Shown here piece after piece: positions 30,873-39,952 of a stretch of 64,000 nt of DNA. A program made the position numbers and the translations under genes. The stretch's first letter is position 1, and each line of letters opens with the position of its first letter. The DNA lies in contig CAYGBK010000015.1 in NCBI GenBank assembly GCA_964348095.1, positions 3,840 to 67,839 of the forward strand, written 5' to 3'. The notes below the pieces were generated by a model. It was given only the letters and a program-made list of their open reading frames with translations. It was not told where the DNA came from and did not search any database. This DNA is from an uncultured Thermodesulfobacteriota bacterium. GTDB lineage: Bacteria > Desulfobacterota > BSN033 > WVXP01.

Positions 30873-31760
30873 CTAGGGCAACAAGGGCCTTGCCGGGTTG
30901 TGCCCGTGAAAGTTCTTCTGGGCTGCCTTTGGAGTGCTGTTAGCGTAACAGTAGATGCACCCCTGGGGACAAGTATCGTACGCTCCGATATCCGTGCTTT
31001 CCACGCACCTGCAAAGCTTTCGCTGGCCCCTGTCTTTCGAGATGGAAAGGTCCAGTCCGAAGAGCCGATTGAGGAGCTCGTCGTCGATGCACTTTCCGTG
31101 GCCGATGCCGAACGCCTCCAGGTCGAATGGTTCGGCACAGGTGACGACCTCGAACCCGTGATTCCCGCCGATCTCGCCGATGAATTTGGGGAGATCACCT
31201 ACCTGTCCCTCCTGATCATGAATATCTGTGACTATGATGTCTTTTCCTCTCTCTAAATGCTTGAGGGTCTTCATTCGTTTTGGGTAGATGTCGAGAAAAC
31301 TGATAACGCATCGGCAGGTAAACCCGCTCAGGGCCTCGGCAATCTCCCCAAAGGTGTCGTGGTGATACCTCTGATCGGTCAAACTGCTGAGAATGATCGG
31401 GTCATATCGCCAGATGATCCGACTCGCCCCTACCCTGCCGCTCAGTCTCTTGAATCTCTCTATTTTCAAAGAAATAGAGCCAGGAGACGATTCGAAGACC
31501 CTCGGGTAATGAACCAAGGTATATTGGAAGTAGTAGCGAAACCCCATCCCATCCAATTCGTCCAGATATGGAATGAGGGGATCGGCGTTTCGTGTCCAAA
31601 AGACAATCCCGTCCACATCTGGTGGCTCGAGGCTGACTCGGGTGGTCTGGCTAGGGCGAAAGGGGGTGCGAGTAAAAGCAAAACCACGTCTGATCCGGTT
31701 CATAAACCATGCGGAGTAATAGGCTGGTATGTCAGTTCTTCTACTGGCGCTAATGATCAT
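30873..31760 (-). CDS. DUF1848-family protein with C-terminal Cx3Cx2C cluster
   Basis: MIISASRRTDIPAYYSAWF... is the characteristic DUF1848 N-terminus. C-terminal CPQGCIYCYA. Confidence 0.65.
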   Translation of the reverse strand: MIISASRRTDIPAYYSAWFMNRIRRGFAFTRTPFRPSQTTRVSLEPPDVDGIVFWTRNADPLIPYLDELDGMGFRYYFQYTLVHYPRVFESSPGSISLKIERFKRLSGRVGASRIIWRYDPIILSSLTDQRYHHDTFGEIAEALSGFTCRCVISFLDIYPKRMKTLKHLERGKDIIVTDIHDQEGQVGDLPKFIGEIGGNHGFEVVTCAEPFDLEAFGIGHGKCIDDELLNRLFGLDLSISKDRGQRKLCRCVESTDIGAYDTCPQGCIYCYANSTPKAAQKNFHGHNPARPLLP

Positions 31761-31885
31761 GGCAGTTTGAACGGTGAAAGCAAAAATGGTAACTTAGGAT
31801 AGATCTTGGACCGGTTAAATTCAAGCGGAAAGGGGACCTGAAACCCGCATTTTGTGAAACCCAAAACAGGGATGGGTGAGTCTAG

Positions 31886-32794
31886 ATGAAGTTTGTTCCC
31901 CCATATGTTCAGCTTTATGAAAGTGGGGAATTGGAGGACAGGATTGAGAAGTTGAACCAGATTCTTAAGTCCTGTGAGCTCTGTCCCCGTCGATGTCGGA
32001 TCGATCGCCTGAACGACGACCTGGGCTACTGCCGTGCTGGGAGTGGCTTGAAGGTGTCCAGCGTCTTTCCTCATTTTGGTGAAGAACCTCCCCTGGTCGG
32101 TCGGCATGGTTCGGGGACGATTTTTCTGGCTCACTGCAATCTTCGCTGTGTCTTTTGCCAGAACTACGACATTAGTCATCATGGAGGTGGGGAGGGAGTA
32201 ACAACCGAGCAGATGGCTCGATATATGATCAAACTCCAGCAGATCGGTTGTCATAATATTAACTTTGTCACGCCAACGCACTATGTCGCACAGATTGTGG
32301 CCGCCTTACCCAAAGCGATTGAGCTGGGCCTTCGAGTCCCTCTCGTTTTCAACTGTGGAGGGTACGAATCCCTGGACGTCATAAAGCTGCTCGATGGGGT
32401 AATCGACATTTATATGCCCGATGTCAAATTCTTCTCTTCCCATGTGGCTGAAAGGCTCTGCAATGCGCCAGACTATCCAGAGGTCGTCCAATCGGTACTC
32501 AAGGAAATGTATCGCCAGGTGGGAGACCTGACGTTGGATTCTCACGGAATCGCCGAGCGGGGTCTTCTTATTCGACACCTCGTCATGCCCCATGACCTGG
32601 CGGGGACCGAGGGCGTTGTTCGGTTTATTGCCCAGAATCTCTCTCGGGACAGCTACGTGAACATAATGGCCCAATACAGGCCTGTTTATCGGGCAGTCGA
32701 GCTTCCGGATATCAATCGTCCCGTCACAACTGAGGAATTCCTGGGGGCTCTCGATGTAGCTCGGAAGTATGGTTTGCACAGGGGTTTTGAGTGA
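31886..32794 (+). CDS. radical SAM enzyme, PflX-like (COG1313; PFL-activase homolog of unknown substrate)
   Basis: CNLRCVFCQN (Cx3Cx2C) plus N-terminal CELCPRRCRIDR...GYC cluster. 302 aa. Confidence 0.8.
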   Translation: MKFVPPYVQLYESGELEDRIEKLNQILKSCELCPRRCRIDRLNDDLGYCRAGSGLKVSSVFPHFGEEPPLVGRHGSGTIFLAHCNLRCVFCQNYDISHHGGGEGVTTEQMARYMIKLQQIGCHNINFVTPTHYVAQIVAALPKAIELGLRVPLVFNCGGYESLDVIKLLDGVIDIYMPDVKFFSSHVAERLCNAPDYPEVVQSVLKEMYRQVGDLTLDSHGIAERGLLIRHLVMPHDLAGTEGVVRFIAQNLSRDSYVNIMAQYRPVYRAVELPDINRPVTTEEFLGALDVARKYGLHRGFE

Positions 32795-33693
32795 AACGCG
32801 ACCAGATCCTTCTCGACGTGTCTCATTTGCGTCAGCAGCTAGAGGAGCTGAGGAACCGCATCGATGCCTTGGAGAAGACCTTTCTAAATGGATCTTTTCT
32901 CACGGACCGGTTAAGAGGGCGCGGTCTTAAGATTCATCGCCACAATCCTCATGATAAGCTTCTTGTTCCCCCAGACCTTTCTCCTGAACTCACCACGCAA
33001 TTCTATGAAAAAATGAAGAAATACTCCTTTCGGCTTTTCTTAAGAGAACTCGTCAAGACTGGGACTCCCTTTTGTCCCAGTGACCTGACTCGGTACTGCT
33101 CAGACCGGGTGGCCGAGGAATATAACCGTTTCCTGAGTGCGACATCCACGGTCTGTTCTCTCAAAGGAGATACGTATCGTCTGAATCGTTCTGGGATTTC
33201 GAGTTTCGGTCCCACCCTAGAGTGGTTTGTGGCACAGATGTTCCAACGGGAATTCGGCTGCCCGGCCACCTATGGGGTCCATTTCAGGGAGACGGATGTG
33301 GGTGGAGACTACGATGTCCTTGCCCTCTGGGAGAATCGTCTCCTCTACGTGGAGGTTAAGTCTTCGCCACCGAAAAGCATTGAGGATCAGGAGATAAAGG
33401 CATTTTTCCTAAGACTCCACGACCTGATTCCTGACCTGGCCTTCTTCTTCAACGACACCCATCTGCGAATGATGGATAAGGTGATTGAGATTTTTAACCG
33501 TGAGATGAAGCGGGTTCCAGAGGGGAGACTGCTAGGAAATCCACCGGAAAGACTCAAAGATGAAATCTATCATATGGACCATTGGATCTACATCTTAAAC
33601 AGCAAGAGAGATATTGTTGGCAATTTCAGTCTCTGTTTGAGAGATCATCTTAGACAGATCAAAGGCCGACGATCGTCATCGCCCGCGAACTGA
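32791..33693 (+). CDS. coiled-coil / winged-helix / PD-(D/E)xK (Mrr-cat-like) nuclease-fold protein, translationally coupled to the radical SAM gene
   Basis: GTG start overlaps the upstream TGA (GTGA). Motif layout TLEWFVAQ (E) ... DVGGDYDVLAL (D) ... YVEVKSS (E-x-K). Confidence 0.5.
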   Translation: MKRDQILLDVSHLRQQLEELRNRIDALEKTFLNGSFLTDRLRGRGLKIHRHNPHDKLLVPPDLSPELTTQFYEKMKKYSFRLFLRELVKTGTPFCPSDLTRYCSDRVAEEYNRFLSATSTVCSLKGDTYRLNRSGISSFGPTLEWFVAQMFQREFGCPATYGVHFRETDVGGDYDVLALWENRLLYVEVKSSPPKSIEDQEIKAFFLRLHDLIPDLAFFFNDTHLRMMDKVIEIFNREMKRVPEGRLLGNPPERLKDEIYHMDHWIYILNSKRDIVGNFSLCLRDHLRQIKGRRSSSPAN

Positions 33694-33765
33694 CAGTTCC
33701 CTTTGTGGAATCGAGGTCGGTTTGATTCTGCTTTCACAGCGGGTCAGCCGGTGCCCTATTTCAGG

Positions 33766-34164
33766 TTATCCCTGTAGGACGTTGATTATGGTCTGCTGGA
33801 TCTTCCGTGAGGCGTCCTGATCGCCGAAAGTCCCCACTCGAATGCCGACCTCCGTGACATCGAGACCTTTGTTCTCAATTTTGATAAGCACACCCTTTCC
33901 GTCGCCCCGGCGTCCCTTGATCCTTCCATTCAGCGCATCCCGCTGCTGACTGGTCACGTTAATGTTCAACTTTTCCAGGGCAGTCAAAGAGGCATCCCAG
34001 GTCCGATCGTAGGGAAAGGGGTACAACACCTTCAGTTCTCCTTTGACATAACTGTACGTCCCCAAACCACTCCCCCCACCGATCCCGACCACAGCAGGAG
34101 TGCAGCCGTAAATAAGTAGAATCGGAAGAAGCAAACCCATCACCAGATACGTTAGCGACTTCAT
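33766..34164 (-). CDS. small lipoprotein of unknown function
   Basis: Lipobox LIYGC. GTYSYVKGELKVLYPFPYDRTWDASLTALEKLNINV is shared with the divergent neighbour. Confidence 0.55.
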   Translation of the reverse strand: MKSLTYLVMGLLLPILLIYGCTPAVVGIGGGSGLGTYSYVKGELKVLYPFPYDRTWDASLTALEKLNINVTSQQRDALNGRIKGRRGDGKGVLIKIENKGLDVTEVGIRVGTFGDQDASRKIQQTIINVLQG

Positions 34165-34295
34165 TTAATTCCCTCACCTCTCGGATAGATTCTTGAACCC
34201 TATATTACCAGAAGTTCCTTGACATTACACCAGAGAAAATCGTAAATGTGGAATCAATTCACCCTGTCCATGGGGCCGGACAATCGAGGAGGAGA

Positions 34296-34688
34296 AAAAT
34301 GGATCGGCTCGGAAAGAGTATCTCCCTTTCGCTTTTATCCCTGTTCGTAGCAGGATGTGCTGCTTTCGTGCTCGGGGCGGGGATGTCAGTTGGGACCTAC
34401 CACGTGGTTAAAGGAGACCTCACGAGATTATATCGGGCGAGCTATGACAAGGCCTGGGAAGCTGCCGTGGTTACGCTGGAGGAACTGGAAATGACAGTTG
34501 TTGATCAAAACAAAGGAGAGGCGGAAGGTTCGATTAAGGCTGAGAGGTTCGATGGGAGTCCTGTCAGGCTCGCCCTCAAGCGCAAAGCTCTCGATGTGAC
34601 ACAGCTCCGGGTCCGTATCGGTCCGATAGGCGACCGGGGGAAAGCCCAACTCTTTCACGAGAGTTTTCGAAAGAATGTTTTTGAGTAG
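34296..34688 (+). CDS. small lipoprotein, paralog of 33766..34164
   Basis: RBS AGGAGGAG. Lipobox FVAGC. GTYHVVKGDLTRLYRASYDKAWEAAVVTLEELEMTV. Confidence 0.55.
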   Translation, partial: KMDRLGKSISLSLLSLFVAGCAAFVLGAGMSVGTYHVVKGDLTRLYRASYDKAWEAAVVTLEELEMTVVDQNKGEAEGSIKAERFDGSPVRLALKRKALDVTQLRVRIGPIGDRGKAQLFHESFRKNVFE

Positions 34689-34691
34689 GGG

Positions 34692-35522
34692 CTAAAGACC
34701 CCCGGAGAGCACCTTTGCGATTAAGGTTAACAGATTCATCTTCCAATCCGGGAGAGGAACAGGGATAAATGAGAGAATGAAAACCGAAAAGATCACTCCT
34801 GCTAGAAGCTTCCTCCTCCCATCCAGTTCGGTCTCGTCATCACTCGGAGGTGGATGTCTGAATCCTATGAGAAGGATCAGAACGAGGGGCAGGAGCCACG
34901 GTGGGAAAAAAAACAGCCCAAGGATCCCAAACCCAATCGCCGCTAGATAAAAGAGGATTTTACTTCTCCGGCCAAAGACTGCGTATACAACGTGTCCCCC
35001 ATCGAGCTGCCCTATTGGCATGAGGTTGAGGGCTGTAACAAACAGCCCCACCCACGCCGCATAAGCCAGAGGGTGTAGTACCACATCTGACCCTTCGGGA
35101 ACGTTACCGATGATGATCCTCTGGAGCACCCCAAAAAGGAGGGAGTCTCCCAATCGGAAGGATACCCCCTCTATGTGGGCAAGCTGAACAACCTCGGACA
35201 ATTCTAAGCCAATAATGGCGGCAGGGATCGTCAAGCAGAATCCCACCAAAGGACCTGCCGCTCCGATGTCGAAGAGGGCCTTTCGAGAACTGATTCTCCC
35301 TCGCATGAGAATGACCGCCCCGAGGGTTCCGAACAGATTGGGAAAGGGTATGAAAAAAGGGAGAGAACTCTGAATTCGGTAGTATCGGCTCACAAAAAAA
35401 TGGCCCAACTCATGGGCCAGGAGGATGGCCATAATCGATATGCAATACCAAACCCCTCCGACGAAAACCGTTGACCCGACTGTCAAGATAAACAAAAAGA
35501 TGTGCACCAGGAGCCGTATCAT
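34692..35522 (-). CDS. site-2 protease family (peptidase M50) intramembrane metalloprotease
   Basis: HELGHFFVSRYY inside a TM helix. Multiple TM segments. Confidence 0.7.
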   Translation of the reverse strand: MIRLLVHIFLFILTVGSTVFVGGVWYCISIMAILLAHELGHFFVSRYYRIQSSLPFFIPFPNLFGTLGAVILMRGRISSRKALFDIGAAGPLVGFCLTIPAAIIGLELSEVVQLAHIEGVSFRLGDSLLFGVLQRIIIGNVPEGSDVVLHPLAYAAWVGLFVTALNLMPIGQLDGGHVVYAVFGRRSKILFYLAAIGFGILGLFFFPPWLLPLVLILLIGFRHPPPSDDETELDGRRKLLAGVIFSVFILSFIPVPLPDWKMNLLTLIAKVLSGGL

Positions 35523-35529
35523 TTGTATT

Positions 35530-35622
35530 CTACTTCTTGCGCTTGTGCCGGGTCTTGGCAAGCAGTTTTCTGTGTTTATGCCGACTGATCTTCTTTTTTC
35601 TTTTCTTGATCACATTGCCCAT
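35530..35622 (-). CDS. ribosomal protein bS22-like (AURKAIP1/COX24-type 30-aa basic protein)
   Basis: Not in the ORF track (under 60 aa). MGNVIKKRKKKISRHKHRKLLAKTRHKRKK closely matches the mycobacterial bS22 pattern [25 protein letters not shown]. Confidence 0.5.
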   Translation of the reverse strand: MGNVIKKRKKKISRHKHRKLLAKTRHKRKK

Positions 35623-35657
35623 ACGTTTCTCCGATCCCTCTATGAGTTCTGGCGATT

Positions 35658-35891
35658 TCAGTCCACAATCACGTTGGTTTGAGTCCGCAAGACGCCGGGG
35701 AGTCCTTGGATCTTCGTGACTATAAACTCACCGAGAATGTGGACACTCTCAGCTTCAACCAGGGCGACCACATCGTACGGACCGGTCGTTGCGTTGGACC
35801 TCTGGACCCCTTGGATCTTCGAAACCTCAGTGGCGACTTGCCTGGCGGCTCCCGCCGTACATTCAATGAAAACGTAGGCTGAAACAGACAT
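35658..35891 (-). CDS. stand-alone Lrp/AsnC-type ligand-binding (RAM) domain protein
   Basis: RBS AGGAGGGAG. MSVSAYVFIECTAGAARQVATEVSKIQGVQRSNATTGPYDVVALVEAES, about 78 aa. Confidence 0.55.
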   Translation of the reverse strand: MSVSAYVFIECTAGAARQVATEVSKIQGVQRSNATTGPYDVVALVEAESVHILGEFIVTKIQGLPGVLRTQTNVIVD

Positions 35892-36234
35892 GGCTCCCTC
35901 CTTTCTTTTCAATCCTATGCCTCGTGACATTCACCCGTGGTCCCTGACTCAGCCAGTATGGAGGCTTGAGATTGTTGATTATAACAGAACCCGGGTATTT
36001 TTCAACTCTTTGATAGGTCGGCGATAGGCCCCTTTTCGGATGTTGTCTGGTCTTAATCTTGACTCTTGTGGAGTCTACATGATCCTGAGAAAGTGCGACA
36101 AGACGTGTGATTTTTGGGTGAATCTTTTTCTGACCAGGACATGAAAATTCTGCCGAGGCGCCTTGACAAAGAGTCTCTTGGCAATATAATTGCAACGTAG
36201 CGTCTCCATCAGAAAAAAGAGGAGGCTATGTACC

Positions 36235-36528
36235 ATGTCAAAGAAAAGGATAGTTAGGGTTCTTGCAATCGCTCTTGCCGTCGTGCTTATCTCTTCTGCG
36301 CTGAATCTTGCCCATGCTGTGGGAGAGGAGCAACTCGTCATTCCCGACTTACTTATTGGGAAGCCGCTGGGTTTTGTTACACTGGGTCTTGGTACGCTGA
36401 CCTGGGCCATCACGCTCCCAGTAACGATACCATTTGGGTGGCAGCGCCAAGCCCGTAAGCACCTCGTTGATAAACCTTACCGGTTCACCTTCGAAAGAGG
36501 ACTCGGGGAAGATTTGGATAGGTACTAG
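36235..36528 (+). CDS. small membrane/secreted hypothetical protein
   Basis: RBS GAGGAGG 10 nt upstream. MSKKRIVRVLAIALAVVLISSALNLAHA signal peptide. Confidence 0.45.
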   Translation: MSKKRIVRVLAIALAVVLISSALNLAHAVGEEQLVIPDLLIGKPLGFVTLGLGTLTWAITLPVTIPFGWQRQARKHLVDKPYRFTFERGLGEDLDRY

Positions 36529-36561
36529 CGTCATATTTCTCCTAACCAGAAACCCAGGATT

Positions 36562-36634
36562 GGGGCTGTAGCTCAGCTGGGAGAGCGATGCGTTCGCAAC
36601 GCATAGGTCGGGGGTTCGAATCCCCTCAGCTCCA
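36562..36634 (+). tRNA. tRNA-Ala (anticodon CGC)
   Basis: Cloverleaf folded by hand. 7-bp acceptor stem with the G3:U70 Ala identity pair. Anticodon loop TTCGCAA. T-loop TTCGAAT. CCA is not encoded. Confidence 0.9.
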
Positions 36635-37068
36635 CTCTCTGAACCTGCCTTTGCGATCTATGGGCGAGTGACGTTTAGCCGGTCGCGATCGTTTGACCGT
36701 TCGCCAGTCCACTCGAGACTTAAGCCGATTCGTCGTTTATTCGTGAAACCGGCCTCTGACTCTTCTTGGCAGAACTCTCCTGGCATACGTGGATCTTCCG
36801 TGCCATCTCCCCACCCGCGCTTTTTCTCAATGGGACGTGTCTACAGGGACTATCCTTTTTTCGGAAAGATAGGAAAGTAGAAGGAAAAAGCGGCATTTCG
36901 CCAGGAATTTATGATATCCTATTGAAGATTCCCCGTCGTGTCGGAGAGACAAGCGCACGTCTGAGTATTCTTAGCAGTACTCTCAGAAACTGGAGAGGGA
37001 TTCCAACCACGGCCTCTCCGGAGATGACTCCCTTCTATCCATAAACCCTCAGATCGTGGAGGTATCCG

Positions 37069-39504
37069 ATGGTAGATATCGCGAGAAATGAGCCCGTGAA
37101 TGTGAACATCGAAGACGAAATGAGGAGATCCTACATTGATTATGCCATGAGCGTCATTATTGGACGCGCCCTTCCGGATGTCCGTGATGGACTCAAGCCT
37201 GTTCACCGTCGTATTCTTTACGCCATGCATGAGATGCGTAATCTATGGAATCAACCTTACCGTAAGTCGGCACGAATTGTGGGCGATGTCATCGGGAAGT
37301 ATCATCCTCACGGCGACGCGGCGGTTTATGACTCCATTGTCAGAATGGCTCAGGACTTTTCTCTTCGGTATCCACTCGTCGACGGCCAGGGCAATTTCGG
37401 ATCGGTCGACGGTGATCCGCCTGCGGCGATGCGGTACACAGAGATCAGGATGGACCATCTCGCCGGTGAGTTACTGGCGGACATCGACAAGGATACGGTC
37501 GATTTTATTCCTAACTACGATGAGTCTTTGATGGAGCCTTCCGTCCTGCCAGCAGGGGTTCCAAATCTTCTCGTGAATGGGTCCTCGGGTATAGCTGTTG
37601 GAATGGCGACAAACATCCCTCCCCACAATCTCACCGAGGTGGTTGATGCGATTATTGCCACGATTCAGAATCCGGATATCGACTTGACTCAGCTAATGGA
37701 GATCATTCCCGGCCCTGATTTTCCCACAGGGGGATTCATTACAGGGAGACGGGGAATAGTAGAGGCCTATCAAACAGGCAGAGGTGTTATCCAAATCAGA
37801 GCACTTGCGACGATTGAAAAGAACAAACGGACAGATCGGGACAGTATTGTCGTAACGGAACTCCCTTTCCAGGTGAACAAGGCTAAAGTCATCGAAGATA
37901 TTGCCAGGCTTGTCAAAGACAAAGTCATTGAAGGCGTTTCTGATCTCCGGGATGAGTCTGATCGAGAGGGCATGCGAATTGTGATTGACCTCAAGCGGGG
38001 TGAGGTCCCTCAGGTCACCTTGAATCAGCTCTATAAGCACACGCAGATGCAGACTTCCTTCGGTATCATTCTGCTTTCCATTGTCGATGGTCGCCCCCGT
38101 CTATTGAATCTGAAAGAGTTGGTTTCCTGCTTTATAAATTTTCGAAGAGAGATCGTCATGCGACGATCTCATTATCAACTCAAAAAGGCTGAAGCAAGAG
38201 CCCATATACTCGAGGGCCTCAGAATTGCGTTAAAGAATATCGACGCTGTTGTGGCTCTGATTAAATCGTCACCCAACCCAGGTCATGCAAAATCGGGTCT
38301 GATGAAACGTTTCTCTCTGTCCGAACAACAGGCACAGGCTATCCTCGACATGAGACTCCAAAGACTGACCGGCCTCGAGCAGGACAAGATTTCGGAGGAA
38401 TATCAACAGCTCATCAAAGAGATCGCCCGTCTCAATGAAATCCTGACCAATGAATCTCTACTACTGAATGCTATCGTTGAAGAACTCAAGCAGAATTCAG
38501 CGCGTTACGGAGACGAGCGGCGCACACAGATCATCGATGAGGTATCGGAGATCAAGATTGAAGACTTGATTGCTGAAGAGGACATGGCCGTCACCATCTC
38601 TAATACGGGGTATATCAAACGGAACCCGATAAGCCTCTACCGAAGCCAGCATAGGGGTGGTAAGGGAAAGCTGGGAATGGGTGTCAAGGAAGCCGATTTT
38701 GTCCAACAGCTATTCATCGCCTCAACTCACGACACGCTCCTATTCTTCACGACTGCGGGTAAGGCCCATTGGCTCAAGGTGCACCAGATCCCTCAGGCGA
38801 GTCGTGCGTCTCGTGGGAAGGCTATTGTAAACCTGCTGAGCCTCGGGCCATCTGAACGTCTGACGGCTGTTCTTTCTTTCAAGGAGTTCCAGCCTGGCCA
38901 GTACATTACGTTGGCTACTCGAAAGGGTGTCGTGAAAAAGGTCGATGTGATGGCTTTCAGTCATCCCCGTGCTGGCGGGATCATCGGAATCAACCTCGAT
39001 CATGGAGACGAACTTATCTCTGCCAAGCTAACTGACGGAAAACAGGACCTCTTTCTTGCTACTCGATCGGGCAAGTCCATTCGATTCCCAGAATCAGGAA
39101 TCCGTCCCATGGGACGGAACGCCAGAGGTGTTCGAGGGATCTTGATTTCGGAAGGTGATCATGTTGTCGGGATGGAGGTTGTAGAAGACGACAAGAATAT
39201 TCTCGTTGTGACCGAAAAAGGCTACGGGAAGAGGACTTCAGCGTCGGCCTACCGCAAGCAGGGACGGGGCGGAAAGGGCCTCATCACCGTACGAGTGACA
39301 GAACGGAACGGACCGATCGTTGCCGTTCGACAGGTTTCCGAGGATGATGATCTTATGATCGTTACTAATCAGGGCAAGATTATCCGAATCCGGGTGAGCG
39401 ATATCCCAAGTGTGGGCAGAATCACACAAGGGGTGAAACTCATTGGCATTGAGGGAGATGAACGAGTCGTGGCCGCTGCTCCCTTGGCTGAAAAAGATAT
39501 CTGA
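37069..39504 (+). CDS. gyrA: DNA gyrase subunit A
   Basis: [28 protein letters not shown], active-site Tyr region, C-terminal beta-pinwheel repeats. 811 aa. Confidence 0.93.
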   Translation: MVDIARNEPVNVNIEDEMRRSYIDYAMSVIIGRALPDVRDGLKPVHRRILYAMHEMRNLWNQPYRKSARIVGDVIGKYHPHGDAAVYDSIVRMAQDFSLRYPLVDGQGNFGSVDGDPPAAMRYTEIRMDHLAGELLADIDKDTVDFIPNYDESLMEPSVLPAGVPNLLVNGSSGIAVGMATNIPPHNLTEVVDAIIATIQNPDIDLTQLMEIIPGPDFPTGGFITGRRGIVEAYQTGRGVIQIRALATIEKNKRTDRDSIVVTELPFQVNKAKVIEDIARLVKDKVIEGVSDLRDESDREGMRIVIDLKRGEVPQVTLNQLYKHTQMQTSFGIILLSIVDGRPRLLNLKELVSCFINFRREIVMRRSHYQLKKAEARAHILEGLRIALKNIDAVVALIKSSPNPGHAKSGLMKRFSLSEQQAQAILDMRLQRLTGLEQDKISEEYQQLIKEIARLNEILTNESLLLNAIVEELKQNSARYGDERRTQIIDEVSEIKIEDLIAEEDMAVTISNTGYIKRNPISLYRSQHRGGKGKLGMGVKEADFVQQLFIASTHDTLLFFTTAGKAHWLKVHQIPQASRASRGKAIVNLLSLGPSERLTAVLSFKEFQPGQYITLATRKGVVKKVDVMAFSHPRAGGIIGINLDHGDELISAKLTDGKQDLFLATRSGKSIRFPESGIRPMGRNARGVRGILISEGDHVVGMEVVEDDKNILVVTEKGYGKRTSASAYRKQGRGGKGLITVRVTERNGPIVAVRQVSEDDDLMIVTNQGKIIRIRVSDIPSVGRITQGVKLIGIEGDERVVAAAPLAEKDI

Positions 39505-39809
39505 TGGCCACTTGTGCCTCTCTGGAGACCGACCCCTGTCATGTCGACAGAATAGGGGATTATTCGGGTCGGTCTTGGATGGCCTTCAAAGAGAAATCGC
39601 ATATAGTATCTCATTACGGGAGACTGTGGAGACCGGTTATGTGTGATCACGAATCGAAGCGGGTTCAGAAGAAGGTTAAGGTGAGTGAAGAAGAGATCCC
39701 TTGCGCCTACGCTGCCACTCAGACCAAAATCGTTTTCCAAGTGACCTATGAGTGTGATGATTGCAAAGAGACCTGGACAGAAGAAGCAGAGGAGTGGAGA
39801 GGGATGTGA
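39504..39809 (+). CDS. hypothetical small Cys-containing protein, start overlaps the gyrA stop (TGATG)
   Basis: ATG embedded in the gyrA stop codon. CxH...CxxC-like spacing (PCAYAAT...YECDDCKETW). Confidence 0.3.
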   Translation: MATCASLETDPCHVDRIGDYSGRSWMAFKEKSHIVSHYGRLWRPVMCDHESKRVQKKVKVSEEEIPCAYAATQTKIVFQVTYECDDCKETWTEEAEEWRGM

Positions 39810-39952
39810 TTCGTGATGTGATGGCTATTCTCTGGATTGATCTGTAAGAACTCTGAACGGATCAAGAGAGAAAAGGCCATAGGCCGTCAGATGAAGATCA
39901 AGAGGCCTATGGCCGAGTATGGACAAGATTTATCGTGAGTGAGGGGAGGCCC

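Noticed and set aside
30632-31198. 188-aa ORF (Ser/Thr/Arg-rich, low complexity) on the minus strand
   Set aside because: It lies within and overlaps the well-supported DUF1848 gene in another frame. Its composition is typical of an out-of-frame artefact.
36562-36634. Possible tmRNA instead of tRNA
   Set aside because: The 73-nt element folds as a complete canonical cloverleaf with the Ala G3:U70 pair and a normal anticodon arm. There is no tag-peptide reading frame or extended pseudoknot region.
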